Below are positions 40,188-53,430 of a stretch of 64,000 nucleotides of DNA, piece by piece. The notes below the pieces were generated by a model. The model made no database searches, was not told where the DNA came from, and saw only the letters and a program-made list of their open reading frames with translations. Each line of letters starts with the position of its first letter. The first letter of the stretch is position 1. A program made the position numbers and the translations under genes. This stretch comes from Ptychomitrium polyphyllum (taxonomy: Eukaryota): positions 17,732,001-17,796,000 of the forward strand of contig OZ316775.1 in the NCBI GenBank assembly GCA_973851085.1, read 5' to 3'.

Positions 40188-41332
40188 TGTTGCAACCCTT
40201 GCAATGCACCTTAGCAAGCGTCACGCGCGTCAACCCTATACACCCCCACATGCACATGATTAACCCTCATTCTTACTTTCCAAGTCTTTCTACCATTTCT
40301 CTTAGAACACCCAATTTATTAGTAGCCAATGGTTAGGTGCGGACTTCCATTCATGTCCAAGGCCTCACTTGGTGTTACTCCCATTCCACACGGCCTAACC
40401 GCACTAAGTGGTGTCTCCTCACCACCACTCGTGATGCCCATGTGATCCTAAGATCATCCCGAGCCATCATGGTGCCGGCGTGAAGACACCACTCCAATTT
40501 AGTGGTAACAAGCGTATTCTTTTGAACGTGCTAGTTCCCTTCGTGAAACCGGTCGTCCACCGGCTCACAATGGTGTGGGAGTCCCCGTGGTGAAGCCCCA
40601 ACACTAGCTCCACCAACCGGGACTCACCCTTGGTCTCTACCGGGACAGTAGGGGAGTGGAGAGGGGGACCAGCCCTCCCTTATAGTACTCTCTGTGGGAT
40701 TTGGCAGGCCCCCTGGCCCTCTGTAGCTGGCTGAACCCCGACACACCTAAAGTTTTGGAAGACCACCCGATCTCCTATGAGACTTAGCCGCTGGAAGCCT
40801 CCGGGACTCCCAACGGACCTTCAGGGAGCCATATCTTCCTCATTCAATGTTGGAATGTATTGAGCGACCACTCTATCGTCATCTACTCGTTGCTTAGATG
40901 CCGATAGAGTCCTCAAACGTCCGGTTTGAGTTAGTATTGTGGGAGATACGCCTCTCCCAAGGTTTAAAATTCTCAGGGAGTCCCTCCCTGGATTGTCCCA
41001 CTCCAGTACAGTCACTGTGTAACGCTGCCACACTCCGGAACAGCCCTTTGGCAATTCTAACTTTGGGATGCCATAACTTTTAGCTCCCTTGTCCGATTTG
41101 GACAATCTTTAGCATTCTAGAATCAGCTCTTTGTGATTCCTCCAATGCCCGTGATCTATTGCTTGTGGCCCTCGGTCTACATGAGCAAGGATGTTCCTCC
41201 CCCTAGGGGTCCTTCCTACGCTAGGCCCACTCGGTTCCCCTCACTATCGGCGCCACAAGTTCCGGATGTCACTCCGGGGTCACCCTTGTGCCCTTAGTGT
41301 TGCGGGCACCCCTCAAGGAGAGGTGCACGACA
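40188..41332 (-). repeat. 5' LTR of family-1 element
   Basis: Followed on the minus strand by the PBS. Confidence 0.95.
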
Positions 41333-41838
41333 TAGGGTATATAGTTGAGTTTAGTCATTGTGTTTCGACTACTCTCTTTTGTGAGGCCAATTTGAGACTT
41401 CTTAGTGCTTGCATCTAATTTTTAACATTTTATCTTATTGATTTAAAATCTTAGCTTTCTATGAGTATGCTTCATGCTCATTATCATATCTTAATGAATT
41501 GGTTACAAATTATTGAAGTTAAGGTATATTTAAAAAATTTAGTTGGAAGATATTTATCATTTGATGGATGGTTTATAATATGGATGAATGTTGAATGAAT
41601 GAATTTAAGTGGATGAAAAAGATTGATTGATGAAAATAGTAAATGAAAATGGTGGATGACCTTTGAATTAGGTCAATAATAAGTAATTTAAATATTTAAA
41701 CTTACTAAAAAGAAACAATATGATAGTTGGATAATTAATACAAACGCAATTATATCCAAACAAAAATAAATGAATTATTTTATTAACTTTGTATGCGTTT
41801 TATAAGTTGCCAATTAGGGTAGTTTATCTTACTTCACA

Positions 41839-42030
41839 TCAATCACTTGATACTAGAGGATAAGTGGCTATGTTTGACCCCACTTGGATGTCTATAGATG
41901 TCTTTTGGACTTTACGAGGTGGACAAAGGTCCACTTTTTCTCCTAATACCTCCAGTTCTTCAAATTGAGTGCCAATCATATGTATATGGTATACATTTTT
42001 CACGTTGATGTCATTTACTAAGGTGACTAG
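41839..42030 (-). mobile_element. Old retroelement fragment, probable continuation of 55256-55866
   Basis: Open frame LVTLVNDINV... joins in frame to ...KEGIRCPD across a decayed 5-bp TSD (inference). Confidence 0.4.
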
Positions 42031-42887
42031 TGTCATGGACATAGATCATGCAACATAGGCTTTAGAACATTCTAAAATCCTTTCGTATATTATAGTAGCT
42101 TTTTAGAATACTTTCAAATGTCTCCATAGCCTTTCCATATTCTTAAAAAACTTCCTAGTAAAGTTCCACCACCTCAAGAAACTTCCAAGGAAGGTTCCAA
42201 CATCTTAGGAAAGTTCCACCACTTCATAAAACTTCTAAGGAAAGTTCTACCTCTTTAGGTAACTTCCTAAGAAGGTTCCGCTATCTTAAGAAACTTCCAA
42301 GGAAGGTTCCAACTCCTTGGAAGCTTCCAAAGAAGATTCCACTTCCTTGGAAGCTACTTAGGAAGGTTCCAACATCTTAGGAAACTTCTTGGAAAGGTTC
42401 CCTAGACTTCTAGAACATTCTTAAGCCTTGTAAGAAGCTTCTTTAGAAGTATCCTACAAGATATAAGCGTCATGGTATAAATAGGAGGCAAGAGAAGGTA
42501 ATCCTTAGTCTTGCCAACACAAGTTGTGGATCATCTTATATCCTACCTTGTTCTAATCTTTGTATCAAATTCTTATTAATCATTAATCTTTTGGAAACTA
42601 ATCCTTGGAAAACATTCTATTTTTGCTTCTTGTTTCTTATATTCCTAATAGTTTGGCAAAACTACTCTCCATCTTTATCAGAATTAAGCTTTTTTGAAGA
42701 AGATTATGGATTACCCATCTTCTTTAAGGTTCCACGTTGTTTTAATAGTTGCGGATTACCCTTTTCTAAGCTAATACCATAGAAGTTGGTATTTCCTTCA
42801 AAAATCAAGTATTAATTCCTTTAAAGGACGAGGATTACCCTCTTTTAAAGGTACTCATCGTCTTCTTGTATTTGACAATTTGAAAAA

Positions 42888-45800
42888 ATGGATAACGTAC
42901 CTGGAACATCAAAGAATAGGTTTGCAAGAACTGCAGACCTTCAAGAATTATTAAACACAATTCAAACGGAACTCGCTTGTTTCAACACCACCAAAAATTA
43001 AGAGCAATACACTCGGCAAGCTAAAGAATCTAATAATGATATTCAAAATCTATATCAAGAGGTTGTTCAATTGCGAGAGGCCAATATTGAACGAGAAGGC
43101 TTATGTCAAACCCATACAGAACCACAAATTAGCATGCCAGACAAGTTCAATGGATCAAGATCAAAATTGAAAGGCTTTGTTCAATAAGTAAGGCTCTTCC
43201 TTAATTTGCATCAATTTTTCTATCATGATGGCACAATTCAAGTACAATTTGTAGCCACTTTTTTATCAAATAATGCACTATTGCGATTTATACCATTAAC
43301 GGAGAAGCAGTCATCATTATTGAACAACTTGGATGCTTTCATAGAAGCATTGACATCTGTTTTTGGAGACACCAACCAAGAGAAGGTGGCTAAAAAAAGG
43401 ATCCAAAGTCTACAACAAGGACAACGCTCAGCTGCTACAATGATGCAAAATTTTGACAACTAGCTTGCGATCTTGATTAGAATGATAAAGCATTAGTTAC
43501 ACAATTTTGATAGAGTATAAGATGTGACAATAGACTATTTGAGAGGCGCCAAAAACAAGGCTTGGGATGGCAACCAGTACATCAAAGCATGGCTACCATT
43601 TCTTCAAGAATATCGGAAAACCGACTATAAGGACCAGAACCTATACAAATTGATGCTGCCCAGTTTAGACGTTTGACTCCAGAAGAAAAAAAAAGGCGTC
43701 GAAGAGAAAACCTATGTTTGTATTGAGGCAAGTCTAGACATAAAGTGCACGATTGCCAAATCAAAGGATTTGCCTTTCCGGCTCAAAGCACAATGGTAGA
43801 GTTGGAAAACAAGGTTGTTCAATTACAGTAGGAACCATGTGACTGGACACCACAAAGAAACCACCATCAAATCAAGGTCTCTTACTACCTTCAAGCCCTA
43901 CCTCTTGTTTTACATTTCCTATCAAAATTAAATTGTTAGATGATGAAATAATTAGTGAGCTCTTTTAGATATTGGTGCAACGACATGTTTCATGGATAAG
44001 GATTTTGCAACCAAACAACACATGGTGCTTGTGAAGAAAAAATATCCCGCACTTGTTGAAGTTATTGATGGACGATCTCTTGCGTCTGGCAATATTATTG
44101 AAGAAATTCAACCCTTGGAGGTTGTTTTAGGAGACCAAGCATTTAAGATTGTCTTCAACATCATTCAATGCCAAACAAATCCTATTGTTTTGGGTCTTCC
44201 TTGGTTTGAATTATATAATCCAGACATTGATTGGCGCTCACAAAGTGTGGTCTCAAGGAAAAGACGTCAAGGTACAAGAAATCTTGGACCATCATTTATT
44301 GGAGCTAAGGCATTTATGAGAGCGGCAAATGATGAACCAATCTATGCCATTTATGCCACGCCAATGTCCGGCTCTACAATAGAGACTAATAAAAACACAC
44401 CTTGTTAATATCAAGATTATAAAGACTTATTTGAAAAGGAGAATGCGGACATATTACCAAGGCATTGGCCTTACAATTATACCATTGAGTTGCAAGAAAG
44501 AGCCCCACCACCTTTTGGACCTATTTATAACCTACCACAAACTGAGTTGGCTGCCTTGAGAGAATATATTGATGAAAACCTTGGAAAAGATTTCATTCAA
44601 CACTCTAAATTACTTGCTGGAGCACCCATTCTATTTGTAAAGAAGAAAGATGGATCATTACGTATGTGCATGGACTATCAAGGCCTCAATAAAGTAACAA
44701 AAACGAATCGTTATCCATTACCATTAATCTCAAGACTCCTACAACAACTTGGCCAAGCAAAGATATTCACCAAAATTGATCTTAAAAGAGCCTACAATCT
44801 TGTACGCATCAAAGAAGGAGACAAATGGAAGACAGCTTTTCGATCTAGGTACGGTCATTTTGAATATAATGTCATGCCTTTTGGCCTTATTAAAGCCCCT
44901 GCAGTCTTCAACATATGATGAATGATATCTTTCGATGAACATTTGGACGATTTTGTAGTCAACTACTTAGATGACATTTTGATATATTCAAAGGATGAAC
45001 AAGACCACAAATGTCATGTGCAAATGGTCTTAGAAAAATTATGCCAGCGAGGATTATATGCCAAATTGGAGAAGTGCCTTTTCCATGAGTCCTTGGTTGA
45101 ATTTTTAAGCTACATGATTTCCAAAGGAGGAATCCATATGGATGAAAAGAAAATAAGCACTGTCATGGAGTGGAGTACGCCAAGATCAATTCGAGATGTT
45201 CAATGCTTCTTGGGATTTGCAAACTTCTACAAGATATTCATCAAGAATTATTCCAAGATTGCGGCATCATTAACACGTCTTACGGGGAAGCAAAAATTCA
45301 TTTGGGATGAAGAGGCGGAAAAAGCATTTCAAAGTCTTAAGAAGTCATTCACGTCGGCTCCAATTCTTATTCATCCAAATCCATCAAAGTCTTTTTATTT
45401 GCAAGCGGATGCCTTAGATTTTGCGCTTGGCTTAGTACTCTCAGAATATGATGAAGACGTGAGTCTTCACCCTCTTGCCTTTTGTTCAAGGAAGTTCTCA
45501 GTGGCAAAGATCAACGATGATATACATGATAAAGAACTACTTGCAATTGTGGATGCGTTTGAAGAATGGCGATATTTATTGGAAAGAGCTCAACATACCA
45601 TCAGCATATACACAGACTACAAGAACTTAGAGTATTTCATGAGTGCGCGTGTTCTAAATCGTTGTTAACCAAGGTAGAGTGTATCGCTTTCAAGATTTGA
45701 CTTTGTCATTATCTATCAACCTGGTAGCCTATTAGGTAAGCCAAATGTCTTATCTCGAAGATCTTATTTAGCTCCTCAATTTGGAGGTAATGTTTTGAAT

Positions 45801-47335
45801 AAACAAAGGACTATTTTATTGAAGCTATAAAATCTTCAATTGAAAGCAACAATTATTACTACAACATCTCATCTTAACAAACTTTAGAAGGCTTTGAAAA
45901 ATGATGTCTTTGTTTTAAATATAAGGAAGCACCTCAAGGATAATGGGGATCCTTCAAATTGCGATGATGACTTTGAATTCCAAGAGGGCCTATTTTATTA
46001 TAAAGGACTTTTGTACCTACCTCTAAGCTGTTTGCGGTTGAAGATCCTTCAAGCACGTCATGATTTTTCAGCAGCAAGACATTTTGGATTCAATAAAACA
46101 ATGGAGTTGATTGCTAGAGACTATTAGTGGCCACAAATGTGGAAGTACGTGAAGGACTTTATTTGATCATGCGACACTTGAGCAAGAGCCAAGGTACCAA
46201 GGCACCAACCTCATGGTCTCATCCATCCGCTTCCAGTGCCAAAGGGCCATGGTTGTCTTTTTCAATGGATTTTATCACAGACATTCTAAACTCTGATTTT
46301 AAGGATTCTATTTTGGTAGTGGTGGATCCATTTACCAAAATGGCACATTTCATTCCATGCAACAAGACAGTGACGGAAGAAGAAATTGCCAAGTTGTTCT
46401 TAAATCACGTCTACTGCATACATGGACTACCAGATGATATTGTATCTGATTGAGGGCCGCAGTTCATTTCCAACTTTTGAAAGGCTCTATTTTAGCTGTT
46501 GCGCGTAAAGATCAACCTTTCTTCAATACACCATCCGCATACTGATGGTCAAATCAAACGTGTGAATGAAATTTTGGAGCAATACCTTCGTTGTAGCATA
46601 AACTACCAACACAACAATTGGATGGACCTCTTGCCTTTGGCAGAGTTTGCTTACAATAATACGATGCATTTTTCAACAACTCAAAGTCCATTCTTTGCAA
46701 ACTATGGCCATTATCTTCAAGTAGATCCATTTCAAGTCAAGAATATTGGAAGTGTTGATACAGAGGATTTTGCAACTCAACTTGCTAAAATCCATCAAGA
46801 AATTACCTTCCAGTTACAACAAGCTCAAGATCGTTACAAATCCTATAGATTGCCGTTGGAAGGACCTTCCAAAGTTCAAAGTTGGAGATAGCATATGGCT
46901 CCTACGACAAAATATACAAACAAAAAGACCATAAAAAAGTTGGACTATCAAAGGCTGGGACCGTTTGAAATTAGCAAACAGATAAATCCAGTTGGTTATC
47001 GCCTAAAGCTACCACCAAGCATGCAAATTCATCCAGTATTCTATGTATCGTTGTTGGACACCTATAACAAATCATGTATACTAGAAAGAATTGTCCCTCC
47101 GCCTCCGCCGCTGGAAATCAATAATAAAATCGAATATGAAGTGGAAGAGGTCTTAGATTCACGCATCAAGAACGGGCGTGTGGAGTATTTTATACATTGG
47201 CAAGGATATGGCATCAATGACCGAACATGGGAACCTTCAACAAATTTAACAAATGCATCCGAGAAGGCATGCAAATTTCATTATAGATATCTTCCAAAAC
47301 TAGGTCATAGAGGACGTGTCATCAGTAGATGTTAG
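42888..47335 (+). pseudogene. Disrupted gag-pol of family-2 left copy
   Basis: ORF-track fragments 43206-47335 with RT, RNase H (QADAL, HDKELLAIV), integrase and chromodomain (YEVEEVLD...YFIHWQGY...TWEP) motifs, broken by many stops. Confidence 0.92.
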
Positions 47336-47901
47336 CTTCATAGAGAAGTTTTTCCTTCATAGACAAGTATAAGAAGAGAGGAGAGATATCCAAACTTCCA
47401 ATCGTATGCAGCATTATTTTCAAGATAGATCATCTCTAGATTCTAGCTGGTATGTCAAATCTTTGTGTTATCATGGATATGCCTGATGAGCAGTTGGCCA
47501 TGCCTTCATCAATTACAGCATCTGTTGAATCAACTTAATTCTCTCAGCCCTCGATAACGGAGGATCTAAGACAAAATATGAGAGGGACATTCCAACGTCG
47601 AGTACGACCTCGTACAGAAATATTGGCTAATTGCCCTTTACATTCTAGTCTTGTCTCAGATACTTGCGCTTTAGTCATTTTGTTAGAATTTGGAAAAGTT
47701 ACTCCTAAAGGATTCAAGATCTTGTTTGGAGGATGTTTTGAAGGACTTAATCAAGATCAGATCTTGGGATGGGACATTTCAACAACAGAAGTCTTGGCTG
47801 GTGGCCATCCGCGCTTCTTGCAAGGACTAATTGAATTAGTAGACAAAGAACAACGAGCAGAGTATGCTACTTCATTCCTTTGACAAATTTGGAATTTGTA
47901 G
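47329..47901 (+). pseudogene. Extra ORF of unknown function between chromodomain and PPT (family 2), with in-frame stops
   Basis: One frame from ATG 47329 includes ORF 47578-47883; similar at protein level to 63214-63700. Confidence 0.55.
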
Positions 47902-47997
47902 AAATGTGACAAGCAAGCCAAGAAAAGAGCTCTTCATGGGACTCGTTGCTAAATGGGGAGGTGATGGCACGGACACAGATCATGCAACATAGTCCTT

Positions 47998-48027
47998 AGA
48001 ACATTCTAGAACCTTCTAGAACCTTCT
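47998..48027. promoter_or_regulatory. Perfect six-unit heat-shock-element array in LTR U3 (mirror copy 56397-56426)
   Basis: aGAAcaTTCtaGAAccTTCtaGAAccTTCt fits the alternating nGAAn consensus. Confidence 0.55.
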
Positions 48028-48600
48028 AGTATACTATAATAGCTTCTTAGAATACTTTGAGATGTCTCCATACTCTTTCCATGTTCTTAAAAAGCTTCTT
48101 AGGAAAGTTCCACCACCTTAAGAAACTTCATAGGAAGGTTCTATTATCTTAGGAAACTTCCTACGAAACTTTCTAAGAAACTTCCTAGGAAGGTTCCATC
48201 ATCTTAGAAAACTTCCTAGGAAGGTTCTACTTCTTTAGGAAACTTCGTAAGATGGTTCCGCTACGTTAGGAAACTTCCAAGGGAGGTTCCAACTTCTTGG
48301 AAGACTCTTAGGAAGGTTTTAACATCTTAGGAAACTTCTTGGGAAGGTTCCTTACACTTCCAAAATATTCTTAAACCTTATAGAAAGCTTCTTTAGGAGT
48401 ATCGTAGGAGATACAGACGTCATAGTATAAATAGGAGGCAAGACAAGGTATTCCTTAGTCTTGCCAACACAAATTGTGGATCATCTTGAATCTTGCCTTG
48501 TTCTTGTCTTTGTATCAAGTTCTTGTTAATCATTAGCTCTTTGGAAGCTAGTTCTTGGGAAATCCTTCATTTCTTCTTCTTATTTTTTGTGTCCCTATTA

Positions 48601-51600
48601 GTTAGTTGCGTGAATGGTACACTTGTTTAAGAATAGTCTTTGATGAAGATTCTATAGAAGTTTGCAAATCCAAGAAAACAATGGATATCACATATCAATT
48701 TTGGTCTCGTCCAATTGCTATTTACTTTGACTTTCTTTTTATCCATCAATAGTCCTTTGTTGGAGATGATATAACTAAGGAATTCTACTTAAGGTTTGTA
48801 TAATACACAGTTTTCTAGTTTGGCATACATATCGGCATCTTGTAGCTTTTGTAGGACTATGCGAATATGTTGTTTATGTTCCTCTGGATTCTTTGAATAG
48901 ATCATGATATCATCCAGACAACATACAAAAAAATCATTGAAGTACTTCCAAAATATATCATTCATGAAGTGCTTAAAAATGGTGGGTGAGTTGGTAAGTC
49001 TAAAAGGCATGACATTGTATTCAAAATGTTCATATCTTGTTTAAAAAGCCGTCTTCCATTTGTCTCCTTCTTTAATGCGCACTAAATTTTAGGCTCCTTG
49101 CAGGTTTATTTTAGTATAGATCTTTGCATGGCAGATTCATTACAAAGCCTAGATATCAATAGGAATGGATTTCTGTTCTTCTATCATTTTGTTGAGGCCG
49201 TAGTAATCAATATACATTTGTAAGGATTTAACTTTCTTCTTTACAAAAAGTATCAAAGCACCAACATGAGACTTTGAATGTCAAATGAAGTTCTTGACTA
49301 AGCTTTCATTAATATACTCCCTATGTGATCTAAGCTTATTTTGCAACAAATTATACATAGGTCCAAATGGTGGCTAGACGTTTTACAGATCTAAAGCACA
49401 ATTGTAAGAACAATGTTCTGGTAGGATGGCTGCATTCTTCTTTTTGATTACATCATTGATTTTTTTATACTTTTCTAGAATGTTTAAGGATGAAGACACA
49501 ACTTTGAACGTTGAAATTGCATACATAGCAAAAGAAGCATCAATCTTTGCTGCTCTCATAAATGTTATACTTTCAATAAAAAAAGGTTTTCTAGATGTAT
49601 AAGATGCTTCAGTTCCTTTTATAGGCTCAGTAGATACAAGCTCTAATGGTGGAAATTCTATTTCGCAAGATGCTTAATCTATTTGTAGGTTATACTTTTT
49701 AAGCCATAAAAGCCTTAGAATGATGAGACTTGATGGAGACCTAATGGCAAAAAATATCACTTGGCTACTATGCTTGTTTGATTTTACTATTAATGGATTG
49801 GTCTCATGAATAACATCTCTAGAAAATAATAGTCAACTATCTATAATTTCTACATGGACAGTGTGCGCCTACATCAATCCTTGCTATACAAAAGGCCAAT
49901 TTAGTTCATACAATTTATTTAGGCTATAATTCTCTAAGTTGCGTTGTAGTCCAAGGTCAAATTTGATTAAATTAGAATCAAATTCATAATAGTTCAAGTC
50001 TTCTCATTCATTAGTGAACATCTAACTAGAAGTGTAATATAATAGCTATGTGCTAAATTACTACTTGTTTATTACAACTTTAATGACTTAATATGCTAGA
50101 AGACTTTTGTGAGTTGATTGGTTTTTATTTAAGAAGGTATTTTTCTTTATTTAGTGGTCCAAACAACTAGCCACCAAACTTTTATTTTAATAAACCTCAC
50201 AACACTTTTCGCTTGAGGCAATAAGACCCCCTCACATCAAACTAGATACTTTGAGCGCCTCACAGTTTCAAATCTTATGATCTTAGTGTCTATAGAACCG
50301 CAAATACTAGATCTAACTTCATCCAAAATTTCAAAATCTAATCTGTAAATGCAAGAGAGAAAACAACCAAAATCTAAGGGCAAGTTTCAATTCTAAGTAG
50401 GCGCAATGAAATTGCTGGCTGTAGACCTTGTCGCACTAAATCGGCCACCACCCACGCTTCATAGCTCCAAATTTTGTGATCTTAATGTGTATAAAGTCTT
50501 CACAACTTACTCTACCCTTTCCAACAATTTTCGCTCTATTTGGAGTTATATGCGCAATGATTAATTCCTCCAAAGTTGAGTACCTTGAGCTGCAATGGCA
50601 GCTAATCTCCTTCTACTAAAAATGCCGCTACCGCCTCATCTCTTATTGGAATTGGGCGGCCTTTAGCTTGTTAAAACCCTTACTTCTTCTGCCTCTTTTG
50701 TACAGAAACCTACCATCACAACTATTGTCATTTGTTTGAAATCTCCCATCAAAATTTTGGCAATCCCCACTTTTATCCTCACTCTCTTCTCCTACTTCTC
50801 CCATTGACCACCTTTATATGTTTTAGCATTGTGTCCTAACTTTTAAACTTTAGCACCTAATTTTAGACTAAGCCGCCTTATATCAATGATAAAGTGGGCT
50901 CCTAATCAACCTCAACCATTTCTAACTCCTTGTACTAACTTGGATGGTCATACTAACTTTACTTATGATATAACCTACTTACAATTGATTTCAATTAACT
51001 CATCTAAGTTTCCACTAATTAGATACTAACTTGTTACTAAATTTTTGTAGCATATCATTGACTTGGTTGTAACTACTTGCAATGTCTTTTCTTGTTTCTT
51101 TTTGTACTTTGTTTGCACTTGATTATAACAAGTGTTCTTCAGTTCTTTTAATTGGAGGAAATTCCTTTAGAACTTTCTAATTCAACTTGCTAATCTAATC
51201 GTAATTCCTAGTGATTAATCATTCTAAAATACTAATTAAATATAACAATTATTTCACTTCGTTGCCATAAATAGTAGCTTCCATGATTTTTTGATATTTT
51301 CCATAGATTCAACTAGCTTAACCACCTTTAAACTTAGTTAGTCACTAGAATTATTCTAATTAGTATTAATATAAGTCTATTTTCTAGCAATTAATGCTAA
51401 TAGTTAATAAATAATGAAAATTGACCAATTGAGCCGATTCTTTGGTTCACATACAGTTTTGAATTTTCTACTAGAAGGAAACTTATGGGTTTTCATAAAT
51501 TCTTTGTCAATAAAGTAAGCAAAGGCTTTTGAATCTATTAGAGCAATATTTTGAGCTTCAAAACACCTAAACAAACAGGTGTAGTAAAACAAGAGGAAGG

Positions 51601-53430
51601 ATGGACTAATATAACAGGTCCTTTGTTTTCTTGCAAATGAAGTAAATTCTGCCGCATGGTTCCTATAATGGCTAGACGTCCTCATTTTCCTGCAAAATAT
51701 TTGGCATTGTGGTTGTACTTCTCATCTAATATGTACATAGAGGTTTCTTTGGACAATTATCAATCTTGTGACTAGATTTTCCACAGTATAAACACAATCC
51801 TTGTTCCGTTTGCCACTTCTTCTCATGTTCAATAAGAGGCTTGAAGCAAACTGCATCAATTTGCATGGCTCTCGCTCCTAAATATTTATTAGAGGTACAC
51901 AAGGCTGCAACTACTAAAAAATTAATATATGGCCGAGGCGTAATGAAAGTTTGTTTATCTTATTGACGTTGAAATAGACAATTATTGTACTTCAAAGCTT
52001 GGCTAATGGCCCCATCAAGTGTTTGGAAATTTGGTATAGATAGCAATAAATCTTTAACTTCATCGCGCACGCACCAATGAAATTGACTCATCAGCGCTTC
52101 TTCTCCCCAATTCATGTTGCATATAAGTTGTCAAAATTCCAATGCATAAATTGACATAAAACGTGGCCTTTGGCCCAAGGCACAAATCTTAGTAGTTACA
52201 AAACAAAGCTTGTCATGGTCACCAAATGCTTCTACAAATATGGTTAGAAACGCATCAAAATTGCTAAATAGGAGAAAATTCTTCTCAAAAAGTTGTACAA
52301 ACCAGGACAATGCTTGTCCTAAAGCAATGTTCCTACCAAATCAACTTGCAAAGCGTTTGTAGGATATTGTCAAGGTTGAAGCAAGGTAACAAGTTGAACT
52401 TGTTCTACAAAGCCTCAAAATTTTGAACGTGTACTATCAAACTTTTTAAAAAGGCTGATTCTTGATTCTTGAATTGTTGGAATAAAACTCCTAGCTGGAA
52501 CTTGTCCGTCATCTACCAAATCAGGTCTTGATGATGAAGCACTTAAGTTGACTTGAGATAGCTATTGCGCTCCTTTTGCTCCTTGACCATTGTATATGAT
52601 TAAATACACTTCTTTGTTTTACTTGGATAAAGTCTCAGTCTTGATTCTCAATGCTTCAAGGACATTGATAATGGAATCTAATTTTGTGTCTTTTAAATCA
52701 GTCATATTAACTTCTTCACCTCCTAGGATAGAAATGAAATGAGAATAGATAAAAATTACTAATTATGCAAGAAATTAAAGAAAATTCAAGAGGAAATGTT
52801 AGTCCAAAGGAGGATAATTTGCAATCTTTATAGTGCTATAGTGCTTTTGAAAAATAAGTATAATCCGCTTTCTATCAAAAAATCAAGCTCTGATATTGTT
52901 GTATGACAGTCTTGACAAATTGTTACGGATAGAGTAACCAAAAGACAAGGCTTCAAAATTTGAAGATGTAGAACAAGATAAGTCTAAGTATATTAGAGGT
53001 ATAGAGCTACAACAAGGTACAAAAGATAAGGCCAGAAGTCTAAATTACACCACAACATATGCATTGTCAAGACTGAAGATTCTTTCAGCTACGATTGTTT
53101 TATATACTAGAACTATAAGCCTTGGGAGCTTCTTGGGAAGCTTCTCCTACATTGCTTCATACTCAAGTAACCTTGCATTGCTTCCTTGGAAGATTCCTAA
53201 GACAAGGTAACTTCTTTGGAAGCTTCCTTAGCCGAGGCAACTTTCTTGGAAGCTCTTTAAGCCGAAGCAACTTCCTTTGAAGCTTCCTTAGCTAAAGCAA
53301 CTTCTGTGGATGCTTCCTAAGCCTAAGGAAAATTCCTTGGGAGCTTCTTAAGTCAAAAATAATTTCCTTAAAAGGTTCCTAAACCTTTTAAGAACTTTTC
53401 TAGATGCTTCTAATATATATGTCCGTGACA
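48601..53430 (-). mobile_element. 5' half of a third, more decayed chromovirus (family 3): LTR 52921-53430, gag, PR, RT; interrupted by a solo LTR
   Basis: LTR TGTCACGGA...TCCGTAACA; gag from about 52705; ALIDSKA protease; MPFRLTNSP...CLDD RT. Confidence 0.82.
49862..51451. mobile_element. Probable 1.59-kb solo LTR inserted in the family-3 protease
   Basis: TGTG...CACA termini; flanks GACAG/TACAG (one-mismatch TSD); removal rejoins RKFKT-VHVEIID. Confidence 0.7.

Larger units (their letters stand above)
34336..41332 (-). mobile_element. Full-length Ty3/gypsy chromovirus LTR retrotransposon (family 1), coding-defective
   Basis: TG...CA LTRs 34336-35481 and 40188-41332; TSD TAGGG (34331-35 and 41333-37); PBS TGGTATCAAAGC; gag zinc knuckle, PR, RT, RH, INT and chromodomain in gypsy order. 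Confidence 0.96.
43522..48120 (+). repeat. Left arm of a 4.6-kb near-perfect inverted repeat
   Basis: Mirrors 56304-60902 (paired coordinates sum to 104424); five substitutions noticed. Confidence 0.96.
42031..48600 (+). mobile_element. Ty3/gypsy chromovirus (family 2, Tf1/Tcn1-like self-priming), left copy, defective
   Basis: LTRs 42031-42650 and 47965-48600; PPT-like AAATGGGGAGGTGA 47951-47964; gag, PR (LDIGAT), RT (NYLDD), RH, INT and chromodomain fragments. Confidence 0.92.

Noticed and set aside
42031..42877. Longer family-2 LTR ending at TGACA 42877
   Set aside because: Both 3' LTRs stop matching at the position equivalent to 42650, and the self-priming PBS follows 42650.
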